Shown one piece after another: positions 61,550 through 64,000 of a stretch of 64,000 nucleotides of DNA. Numbering within the stretch: the stretch's first letter is position 1; every line of letters begins with the position of its first letter. Source of the stretch: Octopus sinensis (lineage: Eukaryota); NCBI RefSeq assembly GCF_006345805.1, contig NC_043007.1, positions 19,406,001 through 19,470,000 on the forward strand, in the 5' to 3' direction. A model generated the notes under the pieces. That model did no database searches. It saw nothing but the letters and a program-made list of their open reading frames with translations, and was not told the origin of the DNA. Position numbers and translations under genes: made by a program.

Positions 61550-61949
61550 TCTGCTGCTTAAAATAAAGCATATTACTCTACCACTGGTATTTGAGTACCT
61601 CTTTTTTCCACCTTGTTTCACATTTATGTGTTTACTCCGTAGAAATCTATTTACATAATATTGAAGTCTCTTTCATTCTTTTGTTGTCTTACCATTTATA
61701 TCAATACATACACACACACCACACACACACACACAAACATATATATATATATATATATAATATAACCTCCCTGCTTCCTTTTCCTGAGCGCCTATTAATA
61801 ATAATACTGTATTGTTCCATTGTTGTTGTTTTTTTGTTTCCCGTTTGGATTAAAAATTATATATATATATATATATAGAACAAGTAGAAAGATATATTTT
61901 TCAACATGCAAATACTGAACAATGTATATAAAGGATAAAATCCTTTTAA

Positions 61950-62346
61950 CCCTTTCGTTACTGTATTTCTGTTGAGATGCTCTGTGTTTCTTTTAATTAC
62001 TTTAAATATAACAAAGAATTTAGTAAAATAACTTAGTTATCATTCAGCTAGTGTTAGGAACATAAATTGTGACTAAGGTTTGGTGGAAGATTTTGATTCA
62101 AAACTTATGAAAATAAGACATTTGTACTCAGAGCCAGTTTCAGCCATTTGAGATGCTCAGTGTTTCTTTTAATTACTTTAAATATTACAAAGAATTTAGT
62201 AAAATAACTTAGTTATCATTCAGCTAGTGTTAGGAACATAAATTGTGACTAAGGTTTGGTGGGAAATTTTAATTCAAAACCTATGAAAACAAGACATTTG
62301 TTCTACAGAGCCAGAGCCGGTTTCAGCCGGGTTGGCAACAAAAGGG
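61950..62346. mobile_element. piggyBac-like MITE with TTAA TSD and 176-bp internal tandem duplication
   Basis: TTAA|CCCTTTCGTTAC...GGCAACAAAAGGG|TTAA. The duplicated block starts at 61972 and 62148. An older relative is at about 12300-12510. Confidence 0.88.
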
Positions 62347-62789
62347 TTAAGAGCAGAAAAATTTGTCAGCAGCCAGCCATGATATATATATATATATATA
62401 TGTTTGAAAGAATTAGTAGAGATGGCTTTTTTTGAGGGAATAATTAATATTTTAATCATAATTAAGATTAAAATCAAAATTATCCCCTCAAAAAAGTCAT
62501 CTCTACTCATTCTTTCAAATATCTATAATACTGTACCAAGAACTTTGTCTTTATTCTACTACATATATATATATATACATATATACTGTGTGTGTGTGTG
62601 TGTGTGTGTCCACCATTGTGCTGGTGACGCTGTGCCTATGTGCCCATAACTTAGTGGTTTGGCAAAAAAACCCGATAAAATAAGTACCAAGTTTAAAAAG
62701 CAAATAAACACATGGGGTGATTTGTCCGACTAAAACTCTTTAAGACAATGCTCCAGCATGGCCACAGTCTAATGACAGGAGCAAGTAAA

Positions 62790-63420
62790 AGTATACATAC
62801 ATGCATAAACACACACACATACACATATATATACAGCCATACACATACATGTTTATGTATATATATATATAGATATATATATATACATACATGTACACTT
62901 ATGTATACTCACATATATATATAGATATATATATACACACACAAATGATAAGTGCACGTGGCCTTTATCTTCTAGCTTTGCTCTATCTTGCAGCCGGTTT
63001 GTGTAAACTGTATTTCCATCATTTAAATACAAATGCAAATGTAATTTTATACATAACATATATACAGATATATACATACACATATACATATATATATACA
63101 TATATATACATATACATATACATATATATATATACATATATATATACACAAATACATATGCATACATATATATACACACACATATATACATACAAACATC
63201 CATCCATACATATATATATATGCATACATACATATACATATATATACATATATATACATACATGCATACATACAAATATATGTGTGTGTGTATATATATA
63301 TATATATATACATTCACATGTGGCATACACACACATATAGGCATACACACACACATATATAAATACTCACACACACACACACATACCACCACCACCACTA
63401 CCACTACCACAGCTGCCCTG
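62790..63420. repeat. (TA)n/(TACA)n/(CA)n microsatellite field
   Basis: Directly visible. Confidence 0.95.
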
Positions 63421-64000
63421 ACATTCTTGACATTTATCAAGTCTATGCTACATTGCACATTGAGGAGGTCTGAAGCTTTTTTTTTTTTAATTTTTTGATT
63501 TTCGGTTATTTTTTTTCCTTCTTTGTTCTTTGTTATTATTATTATTGTTATTTTTATGTTCCTTTTGTTGTTGTTGTTGTTTTTTGTCTCTCATGGTACA
63601 CTGTTATAAGTCTTGAAGTGTTTCTATTATTTCTGCACTTTGGTAAAGTAGTGGCTGTAGTGATGGTTGTGGTGGTGGCAGTGGTGGTGAAGATGGTTGT
63701 GATGGTGATGGTAGCAGTGGTAGTAGTGGTGTGGTGGCGATGGTGGTGGTTGTGGCAATCACAATGGTAATTTTTAGCAATTATTGTTTAACCCCCAGAT
63801 TGGCCCTCATATACCTTCTGACATATATCGAAAGGCAGTCCAACCATGACCATCCTACTTGATTTCTGTATATTAGCTCATGTGTGTTAACGTTTTAAAA
63901 TGATAGGCTATGAGTTGAGGGATTTTGGCTGCTATTTCTAGGAGGTCTAGAGACCACACAGAATCCCCTTGTTGGTTTATAGTAGTTGGCGAAGTGTGCT

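Noticed and set aside
1-64000. Orientation bias of RTE 3' ends relative to the host gene
   Set aside because: About 8 plus versus 12 minus copies by eye, which is no convincing bias.

Overview
AT-rich eukaryotic genomic DNA saturated with microsatellites and interspersed repeats. The repeat families and simple-repeat density look like a coleoid cephalopod, probably Octopus (inference only). I can support one host-gene exon: on the minus strand, 21079-21222 is the first coding exon of a phospholipase C-beta 4 / norpA-like gene (MAKPFEFQWRIPVPDPLLKGNTFDRWDE, strong acceptor, Kozak ATG, AG|GTAAGT donor). It is too short for the ORF track. The flanking sequence is therefore largely intron of that gene. 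The long ORFs in the track are microsatellite translations or transposon fragments. Repeats include several tRNA-derived SINE families, 3' ends of RTE LINEs, R4/Dong LINE fragments (some inside (TAA)n), CR1/Jockey-group LINE fragments, mariner, hAT and piggyBac-like relics, and Penelope-like elements. The most notable hidden layer is about nine minimal type I hammerhead-ribozyme motifs. One is attached to a decayed GIY-YIG Penelope endonuclease. The best-preserved one lies antisense to the host gene, while the sense-oriented ones all carry lesions. Other points of interest are head-to-tail SINE multimers sharing an identical junction at two loci, CRISPR-like arrays inside an RTE 3'UTR, and several long fold-backs. 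Non-exon coordinates were read by eye and may be off by a few bases. Family names come from recalled motifs, not database searches.
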